This document shows positions 29,001 to 42,188 of a stretch of DNA of 64,000 nt, piece after piece. Every line of letters begins with the position of its first letter. The first letter of the stretch is position 1. The notes beneath the pieces were generated by a model. That model did not search any database. It saw only the letters and a list, made by a program, of their open reading frames with translations, and was not told where the DNA came from. The stretch lies in assembly GCF_024521635.1 (NCBI RefSeq), contig NW_026250414.1, positions 248,001 through 312,000 on the forward strand, given 5' to 3'. A program made the position numbers and the translations under genes. This stretch comes from Tricharina praecox (lineage: Eukaryota).

Positions 29001-31561
29001 TATGTATGTGTATATCGTCATATGTGTGCAGGTCAGCCCTATGTATCATAGGTATGTCATTCCTTCATTCAACTCTGCATAAGGATCTGTATGTAGACTG
29101 TACATAGATATCTCTTGGCTGGATGTCTGGAATTGCATTGCATTGTCTCGCACGAGTCACGCCCGCGGGAGCAAGCAAGAACGACGAACAAACCATAATC
29201 CATCATGAGAGCGAGAGCGAACCGAAAGAATCATGGGTGTGTGCCTACTCAGTACTGTGGGTTGAGACTCGAGACCCGAGAGGTAACCCGTAGGTCATAA
29301 ATTCATAACCCATTACCCGAGTGCTAATTATAAGTCAACGGTGGATGGTACTATATGGTAGTAAGATAGAGTAACTAGAGGTGATCGAGATGGAGTGTCA
29401 ACCGGAGAGCAGTGTCCGCGAGCGTCTAAGCTTCGTTTTCTTATCGTTGAGTATCTTGCCGAGCACGCACGCGGTGGGGGTTCGGGACTGCTTCGGGAGT
29501 TTATGTGCAACTGGGTGATGGAAAGATAAAGTACCTATACATGAGTATCCATACCGATATCTATACCGGTATCCTTCCTTATACCCCCATGATCCATCGG
29601 CACGAATGTCGGCGGTCAAGACATGATGCCTCCGTGATTTGACATGGTGATGGCTGTGGATGTGGATGTGAATATAGAGTGTGTATGTATGTCTGTAGCT
29701 GAAGGCACTATGGGAGCAATATATTAGACTTCCCGGTGAGCCAGTATGTACTTTTATATGTACACTGGTAGGTGATTATCAGGTGGTCAGTACAGTGGTC
29801 ACTGGCACGTCGGCCTGAAACAACTGCCGGTCCCCGCCGAGCGCAGAGTATATATGCACATATGGGAAAGAAATGGGGCAGGCAGGTGCTTGCTCCCGGT
29901 CTGGTGGAACGGACGGACAGTGTAGTTAGAGTACATAGTGGCGAGATCAACACACCACCGGGGAGGCGATTTCTGGAGGCGAGAGTTGGTATTGACGATG
30001 GTTGGATCCTTCCGACCATCGATTCCAATTTTTCGAAGCGGTCGCTGGAACGACGCGAATGTGAAATCCGGGGAGGGGGACAATCCCCGGGAGCCTCTTG
30101 CCGTAGCTAAAGCACACATTCCAGACCCGAAAAAAGTCACCATGGTGCTTAAAATGGGTTGGCACCGTATGTGGAGTTCGAAGGGGTGAGTCTCGGATAT
30201 ATCGCGGTCCGCACTCCCGGGACCTGGACTGTACATAGACGTCGCTGTAGGCCGACTTGCCGAGCGACTCCGTGTGTATGATACCTGGCTACAGAAGGGG
30301 TGTGTTTCTGCTTCCTACCCCCGCGCTGGCTGTCCGCTCTGTGATTTGCCGATGACTGGAATTTGAAGTTCTCGGCGCAACTGTGAAGCACTCGGCCAGG
30401 ACCCGGCGGGTCAGTTATCTGATCCATCTAATCGCACCACCTCATGGCTCAAGTCAAGGCTCAAGTCAAGGCTCATCTCCAATCCGTGGCGTCGGTCCTA
30501 TTTGTGTCTCTCGTTCGCACCGGTAAGACAACGATCCGCTGCGATTGGAGAGATGCCGTTTAGTGAGCAACCTAGTGCTGCGCCCACCATGTGAGCAGAG
30601 TACTTACCGAGTCTGATGCAAGTACTGGTACATACATATGTCCCCACGGTATAGAGTGCCGTAGTCTCCAGCCAAGTGAGTAGCTACATGTGTAATCCCT
30701 CTAGCTGCAACTCTGCAACGGTGGGAAATCGAAAAGGGCAGCATATGTGGGGGGTGTGAGGAGTAAAGTGCATGCCCCGTTTCGACGCAACTGCAAATTG
30801 CCGTTAATTATCACGAATTCGCATGGCTGATGCCAGTCTGAGTGATATACCTCTGCTGGCCTTGTGGTGATTGCATGTACCCAAGTAGAGTAACAAGTAC
30901 TCTACTTGCCTGTGTAGAATTGTGCCATAATATAGTATTATAGCTTGTGCCCACGGTCAGGACAGGAACGGAAGGGAGGTAAATTTGTGACCATATGTAG
31001 TGCCTATGCGGCGGCACAGCCCGGAGCTGCTGATCCAGGGCGGAGAGTTCTCGTTCTCATTGGCAGCCACATAGCAGGCAACAGGCTCAGGCACATCCTT
31101 CCTGCCTGTTCCTACCTTCCTCCCCACCACCACCGCCATAATCCCATCCTTCGTTCCTAGGCCTGACTGCCTGCCTGCCTCCCCCTCATCCACCATCGCT
31201 CACCAATACTGCACCCAACGCATTCCTCTCCACTCTCGTTCATTCCTCGAGCCTCTCCGCGACACGAGCCAGCCTTCCAGCCAGTCAGCCTTCTAACGCA
31301 CGAGCATCATCTGCCCAGCGTGACGAATATCATCGAAAAACACCTCTTCGTTTCGGTGGATGGTCGTGGCCTTTCGTTGTTGTGGCCGCCCGCAGTGATT
31401 GTTGTATTGACTGGCGCCGACTCACCAGTCTCTCACTCATCGCCCGCTCACTCACTACTTGCCTAACTAAACGCATCATTAAACGCTGCAGTAACTGCAA
31501 AACACACGCTCGGGCCTGACACTGCCCGAACTTAACTCGACCCGACCGGACCCCCTTTCAG

Positions 31562-31827
31562 GTACGAGAGACAACCCCGACCCTGAACCCGTGAATTCCC
31601 TTGTTCACCTCCATCCCAAACACACACCCACCAACCCTCCATCTCCACCACCTCCACCACCACCAAAAGCCTTCTCTTCGTACATCGCGATCTCCCACCC
31701 AACGTCATTCTTTTGTCGCTCTTCTCTCCGTTTACTTGCTTCATACCAAAAAATTATATATTCGTATTCCGCTTAATCGGTCCGGAATCTCACGCTCATT
31801 AATTCTGTTTTTTGTCACTGTTCGCAG
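31562..31827 (+). other. Probable 5'UTR intron of OPY2
   Basis: CAG|GTACGA donor and pyrimidine-rich TTTTTTGTCACTGTTCGCAG acceptor about 215 nt before the ATG. Confidence 0.55.
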
Positions 31828-32042
31828 GTCGGACCCACTTTCTCTCGATCTCGAAAGAAAGCTCCCATACCCACCGCCGCCCGCGCCCATCCACCAGCCA
31901 CCCAAAAACCCCCACCCTACGCTCGATCCAGTTGCCTGCTTGCCTACCCTACCCATTACGTCGTACACTACACGCGCCGTCGTCCGCATAGATATCTGTT
32001 CGCAACCTCAGCCGTCGCATCAGTCTTTGCCGTATCACAATC

Positions 32043-33540
32043 ATGACGCGTTTCTCGGTGTGGTCGGCGACAACGGTGTTGTTGTTGATGTCGGCCCTGA
32101 GCTTCACGGTTGTGCATGGAGCCGTAGCGGCGGCAGGTCGGTGCCACTATCATGATCGACATCGTTAGCCATATGCTGAAAACCATGCAGGTCCGGGGCA
32201 ACTCCCAGGTGCACTCATCTTCGCCCGTGAGAACTATGGATGCGCGCAGAACTGCCCCACGCCAGGCATTTGCAGCTGTGCGGACAACGAACGATGCGAA
32301 CTCACCCAGCAGACTTGCGCCGACTGTCCGGAACTCATCTGCAAAGCGATCAAGTCGTCCTCGGGTGGTGTGTCGACGGGTGCCATCGCGGGTGCGTCGC
32401 TGGGGGGGATTGTGGTGGCTTCGATTCTGGCGTTCTTCGTGTGGAAGAGTTGCGTCAAGAAACGGACGCAGAGGATGTCGATGGCTGCGACGGCGGCGGA
32501 GAAGGAGAATGACTTTGGAATGCTTAAGAGCGCGAGGGTATTTACTGTCGTGGGTTGGCGGGGAAAGGACGACATTGCTAACGGTGTCGATGTAGGCGTC
32601 AACGCATACCATCGCATCGATCGCTTCCACCGTCCGCACGCGAGCGTCGAATGTCATCCAGATCGCATATATCCCCGGAGTGACGAATCGATCGGGTCCT
32701 TCGACGCCAGCGCATCTGGTACCGCCCGTTCCGCCGCTTCCCTACTCCGACTCGTCGCCCGTCGGCTCGCAGTTCCCGCACTCCCCCAACATGGATATCC
32801 AGTTCGCAGCCTCGGACCTCCTGCGTGGATCCATGTGCACTGTCGGTAATCGTTCTTCGATCGCTACTACCATCTACGGAGGAAGCGCCATCGTGTCGCA
32901 GCCCGCCATCATCCGTGCTGGCAAGGCTGCCGTGGTTACGGTGAACTCGAAGGGTGGCAGCAGTGCCGGCACCTCGAGCAACGGCTCGCCCACCGCCGGA
33001 TCAACCGACGAAATCCCGCCCGTTCCCGCATTGTACGCCAATGCCACGGGTCCATCGACACGTGGTAACGGAGCGACTTCGGATCTGGATTCCATTCCAC
33101 CCAGCCCTGCATTTTCGGTAGGATCAACATTCCTCAATCGCATGAAGACGAGTGAGTCGGAGAATACCGGATCCAAAGGCCCAGGACCCCAATTGAGAGC
33201 GATCCCCGGGCGCTCCCGTCTTGTCGAGAACCACAGCATTACCACTGAGATTGACTACGATTCGGATGATTCGTCTAACCTCGTTCCAGGACATCGTCGC
33301 ACCGTCGTCGAGTCCAACTGTAGTTCGTGCGTTACGGACGACATTCAATCGCCTTTCTCGGACGTAAACTCGGTTGTGCTTCTTGACTCGACACCACCGT
33401 CATCAGGAGTTCGGGATAGTCGGAGGTTGTCGTCCGGGACCCTACTAACCCCCAGAGTCGTCGATCTATCACGACCCTCGGGTTCCATGAGTCCGTTCGA
33501 TGACTCGCATTCGACCGACGGCAGCACCGTTGGACGGTAG
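32043..33540 (+). CDS. OPY2: Opy2-type single-pass membrane anchor (HOG / Ste50 MAPK signalling), about 461 aa
   Basis: Exons 32043-32136, 32191-32537 and 32596-33540. Signal peptide, then an 8-Cys ectodomain (CAQNCPTPGICSCADNERCELTQQTCADCPELIC), a TM helix GAIAGASLGGIVVASILAFFVW, and the conserved ASTHTIASIASTVRTRASNVIQIAYIPGVTNR. Confidence 0.9.
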
Positions 33541-34298
33541 TCTCTCTCTCTTCTGTCAATTCTTTCCTTTCTCACTCGCGTTTTTCCTCCGTCATCTGTT
33601 TTTCTGCAACGATATCTGGTGAATGAGGAAATGGGATCATGGAGTGCGCCTTTTACTTTTACTTTTACTTTTATTTTCTTTCGTTTCTAGTTTTTTGCTT
33701 TCCTTCTGTTTTTTATTTTATTTATCTGCAGTATCACATCACATGTATGCTGTTTCTTTTCGTTGCGTTCTCGGGAATGGGGCGGGTTGGGTTGGCTTGG
33801 TTGGTTGGGGGGGTATTTTGTGCTCTGCGCTCTTCTTCGTTTTTTTTTGATCTGGCACACCATTTCACACTTTGCAACCGTATCTTCTGTGCCATGGCCG
33901 TTTTTGGGGTTGTATTTTTTTTCGTTTCTTCTTCACCTTTTCCCTTTGTTTTGTTTGAGCTTTGAGCTTTGCGAGGATACCATGTTTTTGTTGGATGGGA
34001 TCTGGTTTTGATGGGAGGTGAGGTGAGGAGTGGAGTGGAGAGGAGTGGAGAGGAGAGATGAGGAGAGAGGTGAGGTGGGGAGTGGAGAGATGGCAGGAGA
34101 GCAGACATGGAGCAGATTCTGCGGACGAACATTGTTCTGTAGCTGATCTGAAGATGTTCACATCGGACCCTGACTGCAAATGCGAGTGACTACGTGTGTA
34201 TCGTCTATCGTAGGTATATCGTACATCAATCCCCCACCAATTCTCCCCCATCTCCAACCCAGCAAGCAAGCAAGTATCGTACATCCCCCACTTTCCTC

Positions 34299-34898
34299 CT
34301 ACTCCACCCCCTCCCCCACCCCCGCACCCTGCCTCTCAAGCACCTCCCGCAACTCCTCGAAATCCCCTTCAAACGCGCCCTCCACGGGCGCCTTCCTGAC
34401 CATCCACACATCCTCCGAACTCCTTCCCTTCTCCTTCCACCTCGCCGCCAAGGCAATATTCCTCTCCCTAACCATTTGCGCGGCGGCATCAGGCCCGCGC
34501 ACCCGCGCCTTGAGACAGAACCGCCAGGCGGCACCCTTCTCGCTGCAGTCGCGCAGCCCGCCGTATCGGTACACGTTCAGGAACTGGGAGCCCAAAGAGT
34601 AGCAGTAGAATAGCTCGTCGAACGCGGTGACGCAATTGAGCTGGGTGGAGGGGGGGAGGGAGGTTTTGTCCAAAGCGGAGGTCGTGGCGGCGCTGGGGGT
34701 GGTGGGGAGGTCGGGGGGCGTGGAGGTTAGTTCTGCGAGGAGTGCGGCGAGTTCGGCGTCTGCTAGGGCTTCGCGCGATTGTTGTACCGGCGGTGGTGGG
34801 GGTGGTGGTGGTGCGGCGGCGGGAGGAGGGGTGGAGGCGGTGGGGGGAGGTGGGGGAGTGGCCTCCGGCGTCTGGGGTGGTGGCTTGCTCCAGAACAT
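34299..34898 (-). CDS. EMI1: Early meiotic induction protein 1 family (twin Cx9C), 199 aa
   Basis: CVTAFDELFYC-YSLGSQFLNVYRYG-CSEKGAAWRFC (two Cx9C motifs) and SSEDVW. Intronless ORF. Confidence 0.88.
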   Translation of the reverse strand: MFWSKPPPQTPEATPPPPPTASTPPPAAAPPPPPPPPVQQSREALADAELAALLAELTSTPPDLPTTPSAATTSALDKTSLPPSTQLNCVTAFDELFYCYSLGSQFLNVYRYGGLRDCSEKGAAWRFCLKARVRGPDAAAQMVRERNIALAARWKEKGRSSEDVWMVRKAPVEGAFEGDFEELREVLERQGAGVGEGVE

Positions 34899-35288
34899 TG
34901 TGTTTCGTTTCGTGTTTCGTGGATGGGTTGGTTTGGTTGTTTGGCGGGGAAACGCGGGACTGGGCTGACCTTGGTGGTTACTCTACTCGAGTGCTCTACT
35001 TCCGGGTAACTACTAGTAAAGCACGATAACTGCTATCGAATCGATTCAGGAGTCACTCGGACAGGCAGGCAGGCAAGCAAAGAAATCCAGAAAACTCCAT
35101 TGCTCCATCAAACCAAAAAAAAAATGCCGGTAGTCGTATGGATGCATGCATGCACAGATGGTAAAAAAGTAGAAAAGCAAGAAACGAAAAGCAAGAAACC
35201 GCCGAGAAAGGGCATCAATCTGTGCAAGCAAGCACGCAAGCAAGCAAGAAAACGGGGGACATCGCAACAAGTCGGTACAGTACCCGAG

Positions 35289-36781
35289 TTAGTACTGTTC
35301 GACAAACAGACTGTCACAAGCGTCAGTAACTAGCTGCCAAGGTGTATATATCAAACCACGGAAACACAGAACATACCTCAGTGACTCAAAAATGACCGGA
35401 TTATCGGTCCAATGGTTCAAGAACCCGCCGCCCAGCAACCGGCGCAGATGTTGGACTCTGAGCAGTTTCCACCACTTATCGACCCTCAGCACGCCGGTCT
35501 TGTGCACGCGCACCGTCATCCTGCTCCCGCGCACCGCGCCGTCGCGATCCAGCGCCTCCGAGAATCTCGGGCCCTTGAGGGGATTATCGAGGGAGTGGGC
35601 GATATCTGCGAACGCCGACTTTTGCGACTTCTTGTCGCGCTTGGAGAGGTATCTTCTGGAGCCGGAGGAGAGGCGTGCTAGGGTTCCCTTGAGCGCCGTG
35701 ACCTGCCCGTACGGCTGGTAGCGCTGCACCCATTTCAGCCCGGCCTCGTTCCTGTCGTCGAGCTCGTCCTCCTCCGCCTCGGTATACGACTTCTCATACA
35801 GCAGCGCGATGTTCTCGCCCGCGGCGACCTGCACGTTCACCTCGGAGCTGTCGAGCTGCTGCACCAGCGCCTCGATCGCCGCGTGCGTGATCTCCTCCGC
35901 GTCCTCAAGCTGCGTGCACAGGAACCCCCACTCCTCCAGCGCGGCGGTGACCACAGCCGCATCGTCGCCCGCACCGACATCATGGCCATCGCTCTCGACA
36001 ATATCGAGGAAGAACGCCATGATGCCCTCGGTCTCGGCCGTCGTCGCGCCGCCGTAGAATGCCGCCGCGCCGAGATAGTGGATCAGCGCCGCCTTGAGCG
36101 GCAGCGAGGCGTGGTCCGTGATCACCGCCTTGAACGTCTGCGCCACGGCATCGTACACGTCCTCGCTGGGATCGGTGATGATGGTGAGACCCAGGGACTT
36201 CGCCGCGAGCAGCGACTCCCGCTCCGTGCGCCCGTTCTTAACGCTGCGCAGACAGCTGGAAACGATCTCCGACTTCTTGAAGAAGATCTGCTCCTTTGCG
36301 TACTTCCTTAGGAGAATAGCGATGTAAGCACTGAGCGCCTGCTCGCGCTCCTGATATCCGGTCTTCTTCCTTTCACAGATGCGATCCACGGCCTCCGCCA
36401 GCTCTTCCTCCCAATCCCTCTTCTCTACCCCAACCGTCAAAAACTCCTCACCCTCCCCATCATTCGCCAGCGACCCATAACTATTCTCGCGCGCCAACGT
36501 CAACTTCTTATCCTCTCTCTCATTCCCATCCCCTTTCTTTTTCCAATTCGCAGCGACGGTTACTAAAGGCAGTATTACCTGTAATTAGTACTATCACTCA
36601 GATCGCCCGCAACGCTGTCAAGCTCATCATCGGTGTTCACGCGGCTACCAATGCGGGAGTTGGCCCGCGACGCCTGTCGCGAGCTGGCGGCGCTCGATTG
36701 CCGAGAGCGCGCTTTGCGCGAAATCGTCTTCCCTGTGTTGACCCCTGGGACAGTCAGGGCTTTGCGGTGGAGCTCGGACAT
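35289..36781 (-). CDS. IFRD (interferon-related developmental regulator) domain protein
   Basis: MSELHRKAL..KTISRKARSR start; VVTAALEEWGFL, VQVAAGENIALLYE and W-x-K-L-L-R C-terminal pattern. Introns at 36481-36578 and 35311-35376. Confidence 0.85.
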
Positions 36782-37120
36782 TTTAGGAGTGTTGGGCGTG
36801 GGGCGTGGTGGTGAGGGTGGTGCGTTGCTGGTGGTGTTATGCGTGGTGGTGGTGCGTTGCGATGTGTTTTGGCGGGGTCGTTGTTGTCGTTATTGTCTGG
36901 AGGGGTGGAGGGTGGAGGTGTGGGGAAGTGGGAAGGAAGGGGGTGGCGGATCAGATCAGATCAACTCCTGTCGTGGGCGGTTGAATGGCAGCTGTCAGAC
37001 ACTGGGGGCATATGAAGAAGGCAACTTTACTCCGAGCCCACACCTGTTCTACAGTAGTCGGAAGGTCTCCAGAGCTCATTCATCTTGACGTTGCGAGGGA
37101 GGGGAGCTCGTGATTACATA

Positions 37121-37128
37121 TGACGTCA
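37121..37128. promoter_or_regulatory. CRE/ATF palindrome TGACGTCA, about 340 bp upstream of the IFRD gene
   Basis: Perfect TGACGTCA with an AGGGG (STRE-like) motif at 37100. Function is inferred only. Confidence 0.4.
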
Positions 37129-37764
37129 GGTACTTAACGAGCGAGGTCTTAAGCACACCTACTTATCTACCGTATGTAGCGGCAGACGATTCCCGCCGGT
37201 TTTCCTGGTCTGCTCTTATCTTACTCCGGTACGCGAACACACATGAGCTGAGATGAGATGAGGTCTCTTCTCGCTCTCTGAAACGTGCTGGATTATTTCT
37301 GACGATTTCGCTTCATTATCATGTCAAGATGACCCCTCTGTCTGGGCAGCGGGGCTCACGCAGCCACACACCCTGGCTGCCCCTGCCAGTGCCGAAGACA
37401 GACCAAACAATCACCCCGATCGCAAAGCTTCTGATAAGGCACAGCTCCTCATATGCTTCCATCTTACTCAGGGGAGCATTTTTCCATTAGTATATCGTCA
37501 TACGCGAACGAATCTTTACCTTACTGGCCATAGGTACTATCTCCAACGGGTGAGTGCGGGGGCAAGAATGCGGGGTACGCCTACTACCGCCCCCACAGCA
37601 TGTCACTCGAAGAGGTCACACGACCACTCCTCGGATGAAAAAAAAATACTATCGACAAACATGCACGGAAATTCTCATGTGTTATATACTTCTAGTAGTA
37701 GTATTTTGGTATATATAGCAGTAATGTGACAAACAAACGCCATCCCCTACCCATCCCTAGTTTT

Positions 37765-39801
37765 CTAAGCCTTAATCAGAGTCTTAAGCTTAGCCTCGAC
37801 GGCGTCCATGTATCCCGAGGTGGTGACCCAGGCGGCACGGTCCGTCCGTCCCTGTGCCAGAGCCAAGTCCTTGGTCATGATGCCGTCGTTGACGGTGTCG
37901 ATGCACGCCTGCTCGAGGGCCTCGGCGAACGTAATCAGTTCCGGGGTCTCGTCAAGCTTTCCACGCTGGATCAGTCCTCGGGTCCAGGCGAAGATCGAGG
38001 CGATGGGGTTGGTGGAGGTCTCGTTGCCCTTCTGGTGTTCACGCCAGTGGCGGGTGACGGTTCCGTGGGCTGGTTGTACGGGTTAGATTCTGGTCTGAGT
38101 GGAGGAATGGATGGTAAAAGAACTAACCGGCCTCGGACTCGAAGGTCTTTCCGTCAGGGGTGATCAGGACACTGGTCATCAGACCGAGCGACCCGAAACC
38201 CTGAGCAACGATGTCACTCTGAACATCACCATCGTAGTTCTTCATGGCGATGGCGTATCCACCCTCGCTCTTGAGCATGTAGGCGACCATGTCGTCGATG
38301 AGACGGTGCTCGTACCAGATCTTTTTGGCGTCAAACTGGGACTTGTAGGTGCTCTCGTAGATCTCCTGGAAGATGTCCTTGAAACGGCCGTCGTAGCGCT
38401 TCAGGATGGTGTTCTTGGTGGACATGTAGAGGGGGATCTCGCGGTCGAGAGCCATCTTGAACGAAGCGTGGGCGAAGCCGCGGATCGATTCGTCGGTGTT
38501 GTACATAGCCAGGGCGACACCGCCTCCAGAGTAGTCGAAAACCTTCATGCGCTCGGGCTCACCACCATCCTTGGGGGTGTAGACGAGCTCGACGGTACCG
38601 GGACCGGGGACAACGAAGTCGCGGGCCTTGTACTGGTCACCGTGGGCGTGACGGCCGATGGTGATGGGCTTCTTCCAGCCAGGGACGAGGCGGGGGATGG
38701 TGTCGATGACGATGGGCTCACGGAATACGGTTCCACCGAGGATATTTCGGATGGCTACGCACGGCGGGTCAGTTCATGTCCATCTTGAGAGGAGAGCATG
38801 TGGAGAAACGCACTTCCGTTAGGGCTCAGCCACATCTGCTTAAGGTTGAACTCCTTGACACGCGCCTCATCGGGGGTAATGGTGGCACACTTGACACCGA
38901 CCGAGTATTTGAGGATGGCCTCAGCGGCATCGGTGGTGACTTTGTCGTCGGTCTGGTCACGGTACTCGAGTCCCTACACCATCTCCATTAGCAATTGACA
39001 ACGACTGTTGCGGCAGAAGATCAGCATACCAGGTCGTAGTACTTGAGGTCGATATCCAGGTAACTGCAGCAGGTAAAGATTCGTTAGCCATCTTCCACGT
39101 GGTAATAGAGTGCGTCGCTGTATGCATCTCGACTTCGGGCCGAGGGAAGAGTTTCTTACGGATGGATGAACTGCACAGCACAAACAATCAGTTTCCCTGC
39201 ATCCTCACCAACCACCAACCACCAACGACAGACACGACGAAACATACCTTCTGCTTGATAGAGTCCCAGATCACACGGGTCATCTCATCACCGTCCAACT
39301 CTATGACACCACGAAAACAACCGATCAGCGCCGGTTCACTTTCGGAACGAAATTCGCAGCTTGCAGCTCGGCCGGCCGGATGGAGGTGGGATTGACATAC
39401 CGACGACGGGATTCTTGACCTTGATCTTCTGGACTGCAGTAACCGGTCAACACCACTTCACGTCACCTCCACTTCATCACCACCACCACCTCGACGAGCA
39501 CCAACAGCGCCACCTCACCTCCACCACCACCACCACCAATACGGTATAACCAACCGGGGGTGGGGTGAGGTGAGGATGAACCGACGCACGGGAAGGGTGA
39601 ATGGAACGACAAGGTAAGCAACTTACATTCTCTAGCCATTGTTGATGCGAAGCCTCGTGAAAAGATGAAGTTGTTTGTGCGGTAGGCTGATGACAATCTT
39701 GGGAACGTAGTAGTAGAGGTAGAGGTGGAGGTAGCAGAGACGACGCGAGAAAAGGTGTTGCCGCGAAAGAGGCACCTGCAAGATAAAGTGGGAACAGCCA
39801 T
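37765..39801 (-). CDS. IDP1: NADP-dependent isocitrate dehydrogenase with a mitochondrial presequence and an internal second ATG (39639)
   Basis: Spliced product reads [65 protein letters not shown] and [11 protein letters not shown]. Seven introns, including an 11-nt micro-exon at 39160-39170. Confidence 0.97.
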
Positions 39802-42188
39802 CTGGACGACTTTTTTGGTTCCTGCCTGCTTCGGGAAATGGGGAATGACGGGGTTTGCGGCGGCGGAGGCGGGGACGGCTGGTTGGCTGACACAACACAA
39901 CACACAACACAACGCACACAACAACAGCACGAGTATCGGGCGGAAGGTTTGCGAGTAGGGGGTGGGGAGGGGGGGTGTGGGAATTTCGCAGTCAACCTCG
40001 GGATGCGGATGGGCGGAAGAGAGGACTTGACAGTGGATAGCAGCGATATGCCACTGTCGAGCACAGACAAACAGGCAGGAACAGGAACAGGGCAGGGCAG
40101 ACGGCACACGCTTGCGGCTTTGCGGCTTTGCGTGACAGGACCAGTCAACCGGCGGCTTTTGCCTGCTTACGCTGTGTTCCAATGAGGAAGCCGTGGCCAG
40201 TAGCCGTGGTGGGTAGTGGGTATTCTGTAGCCTGGAAGCAGTTGGTGGAAAAACAGTCTTGCCTTACACGAGAGGAGGGGTTGCTGGAGGGGTTTGGAGG
40301 GGTTGGAGATGCGATCCGAACTTTTTTCTCACTCCGTCGGAGGTGGAACGCGGGGTCGATCTTTTTAAGAGCCCAGCAAAAGCCGTGGGTGACATCAATG
40401 TTGCACAAAGCGCGGCGGCGACTGGCACGCGATGGCCACAGGTCGTCGTTCTTCGTCTGGATACACCATAGCTACGTCTCGACCTCAATCCAGCATTCTA
40501 TTCACTGCCGCCTCCCGCCAAAGCTCCGAGATCTTCTCACGATAATTTTCCATCTGCAAGCGTCCACCGCCGTAAACTCCGGCAGCCACCAGCACCGATC
40601 GGCATCCATCAGCACCGTCCGTGTGGCACGAGAAAAAGCAAAACCCACCGCCAAGCCCGGTAGTCTATCGGAGATTCCGCACCAACCAACCTAGCCCGTC
40701 GACGAAATCGCTGTGTGACGATATGAGCGCGGGGGAGGAGGGCTTTACTGCTCAGAATGACCGCTCGCTCGAGCCGAAGTCTCTCTCGGTCGCCGAAACT
40801 TGAACTGCTTCATCCATCCACTTCCTACCCCACCTCCAACCAACCGACATCACATCACATCATCATCCCACCTCACCTCACCTCATCCCATCTCCATCTG
40901 TCCTGTCCCTGCAGCAAGCAAACAAACAAACGGATGTATCTAGAGTAGAGTACCGTAGTTAAACGCTCAAACGACGGTTTCTGCCTGATAACGGCTATCG
41001 TCTGGTCCGGCGGCTCGGGGTCGCAATTGATCCGGCTTCCGAACTGCGGGAGTTTCTCCGGCCGAGTTCTACCGACCGGTGTGTTACCTGCGGTTACCGA
41101 AGTTCCCCGCGCAAGCTGGGATGCTCTGCTCTAGACACCTACTCTATGGTCGACGAGGAAGAGGATGCGCAGGTGGGTAGGAGTTAGGAGGTAGAAGGTG
41201 GGCAGACACCCCACTATAGCATCGGTTTATCTCCTCCACCGTTTCCTCGAGCGTCGCGTTGCCTTGCGTTGCCTTGTGCCGATTTCGCGAAACTCTCCTC
41301 CTTCACCGCACCGTCGTCGTATCCGGAATCCGCGAACTCTCACCGCCTCGCCTACATACACCATATCTTCGATCCACCTCGTTTCGCATTGAGCTCTCGG
41401 AAAAAACTGGAAAACTGCGCCATCACTTCCACGAACGATGTTCTACCCGCACCCCACCTCAGCATCACAGCTCGAGCCATGATCACCGCGCTGCTTGCAA
41501 GTCCGACACGTCTACCTGAAGACCACGCCACTCCTTCGTGCCATCCATCTGGAACCGTCGGCCATAAGAGGACCACTACACTGTTCACTGAGCTATCCAC
41601 TGAGCTGGGACGACATGGACGACATGGACGATACGAACAGGTACACAGATCGATTGTTGTCAGAGCTCGCGATCTCCTGTGATTCCCGCAGCTCTGGACG
41701 GTCCTCGTGATACTCGTGATACTCGGAGCACGCATACCACAAATACCAAACATTGTACCGAAGACGTGTCAGCCAGTGTCAGTGTCCAAGTTTGCTCTGT
41801 CAGCTTGTGGACCTGTGGGCTGAGTAGTTAAAATGCTGCTGTGCCGCTGATAGCTACTTTGTTCAAACGTGTTATCACTTCCACTTTCACTAGACAAATG
41901 TTACCGATACGTGTCGAGACTTGCTTGAGAGAGAGATACATTGTATTTGTTCAACGTGCTCCCCTTCCATCTCTATCAGCAGCAAACATGTCCTCGTGCC
42001 CTCCCACTTGTATGTTGAGATACAGCACACCCCTCCTTCCCTCCTCCCCCTCCCCTCCTCCACGTCCACACATCCCACCATTTTTCCATCCTACAAACCC
42101 AAACCCTCAAATCAAATACGCCGGTTGTTGAAAAAGACAGACAGACAGACACTAAAAAAAAAACCCACTCGAACCCCTAACCGATCGA

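Noticed and set aside
33648..33656. GCCTTTTAC matching U5 snRNA loop I
   Set aside because: It is the start of a (CTTTTA)n microsatellite in the OPY2 3' region, with no flanking stem.
37241..37326. TPP-riboswitch-like fragments (ACATGA/TCATGT stem, CTGAGA, CTGGATTAT)
   Set aside because: Lacks the P2/P3 GGTG and the ACCAGCG/P5 elements, and is not in a thiamine-related gene.
37240..37412. H/ACA snoRNA reading (AGATGA box H; ACA at 37407)
   Set aside because: The second hairpin has no two-sided pocket and the spacing to ACA is about 19 nt. Kept only within the general ncRNA candidate.
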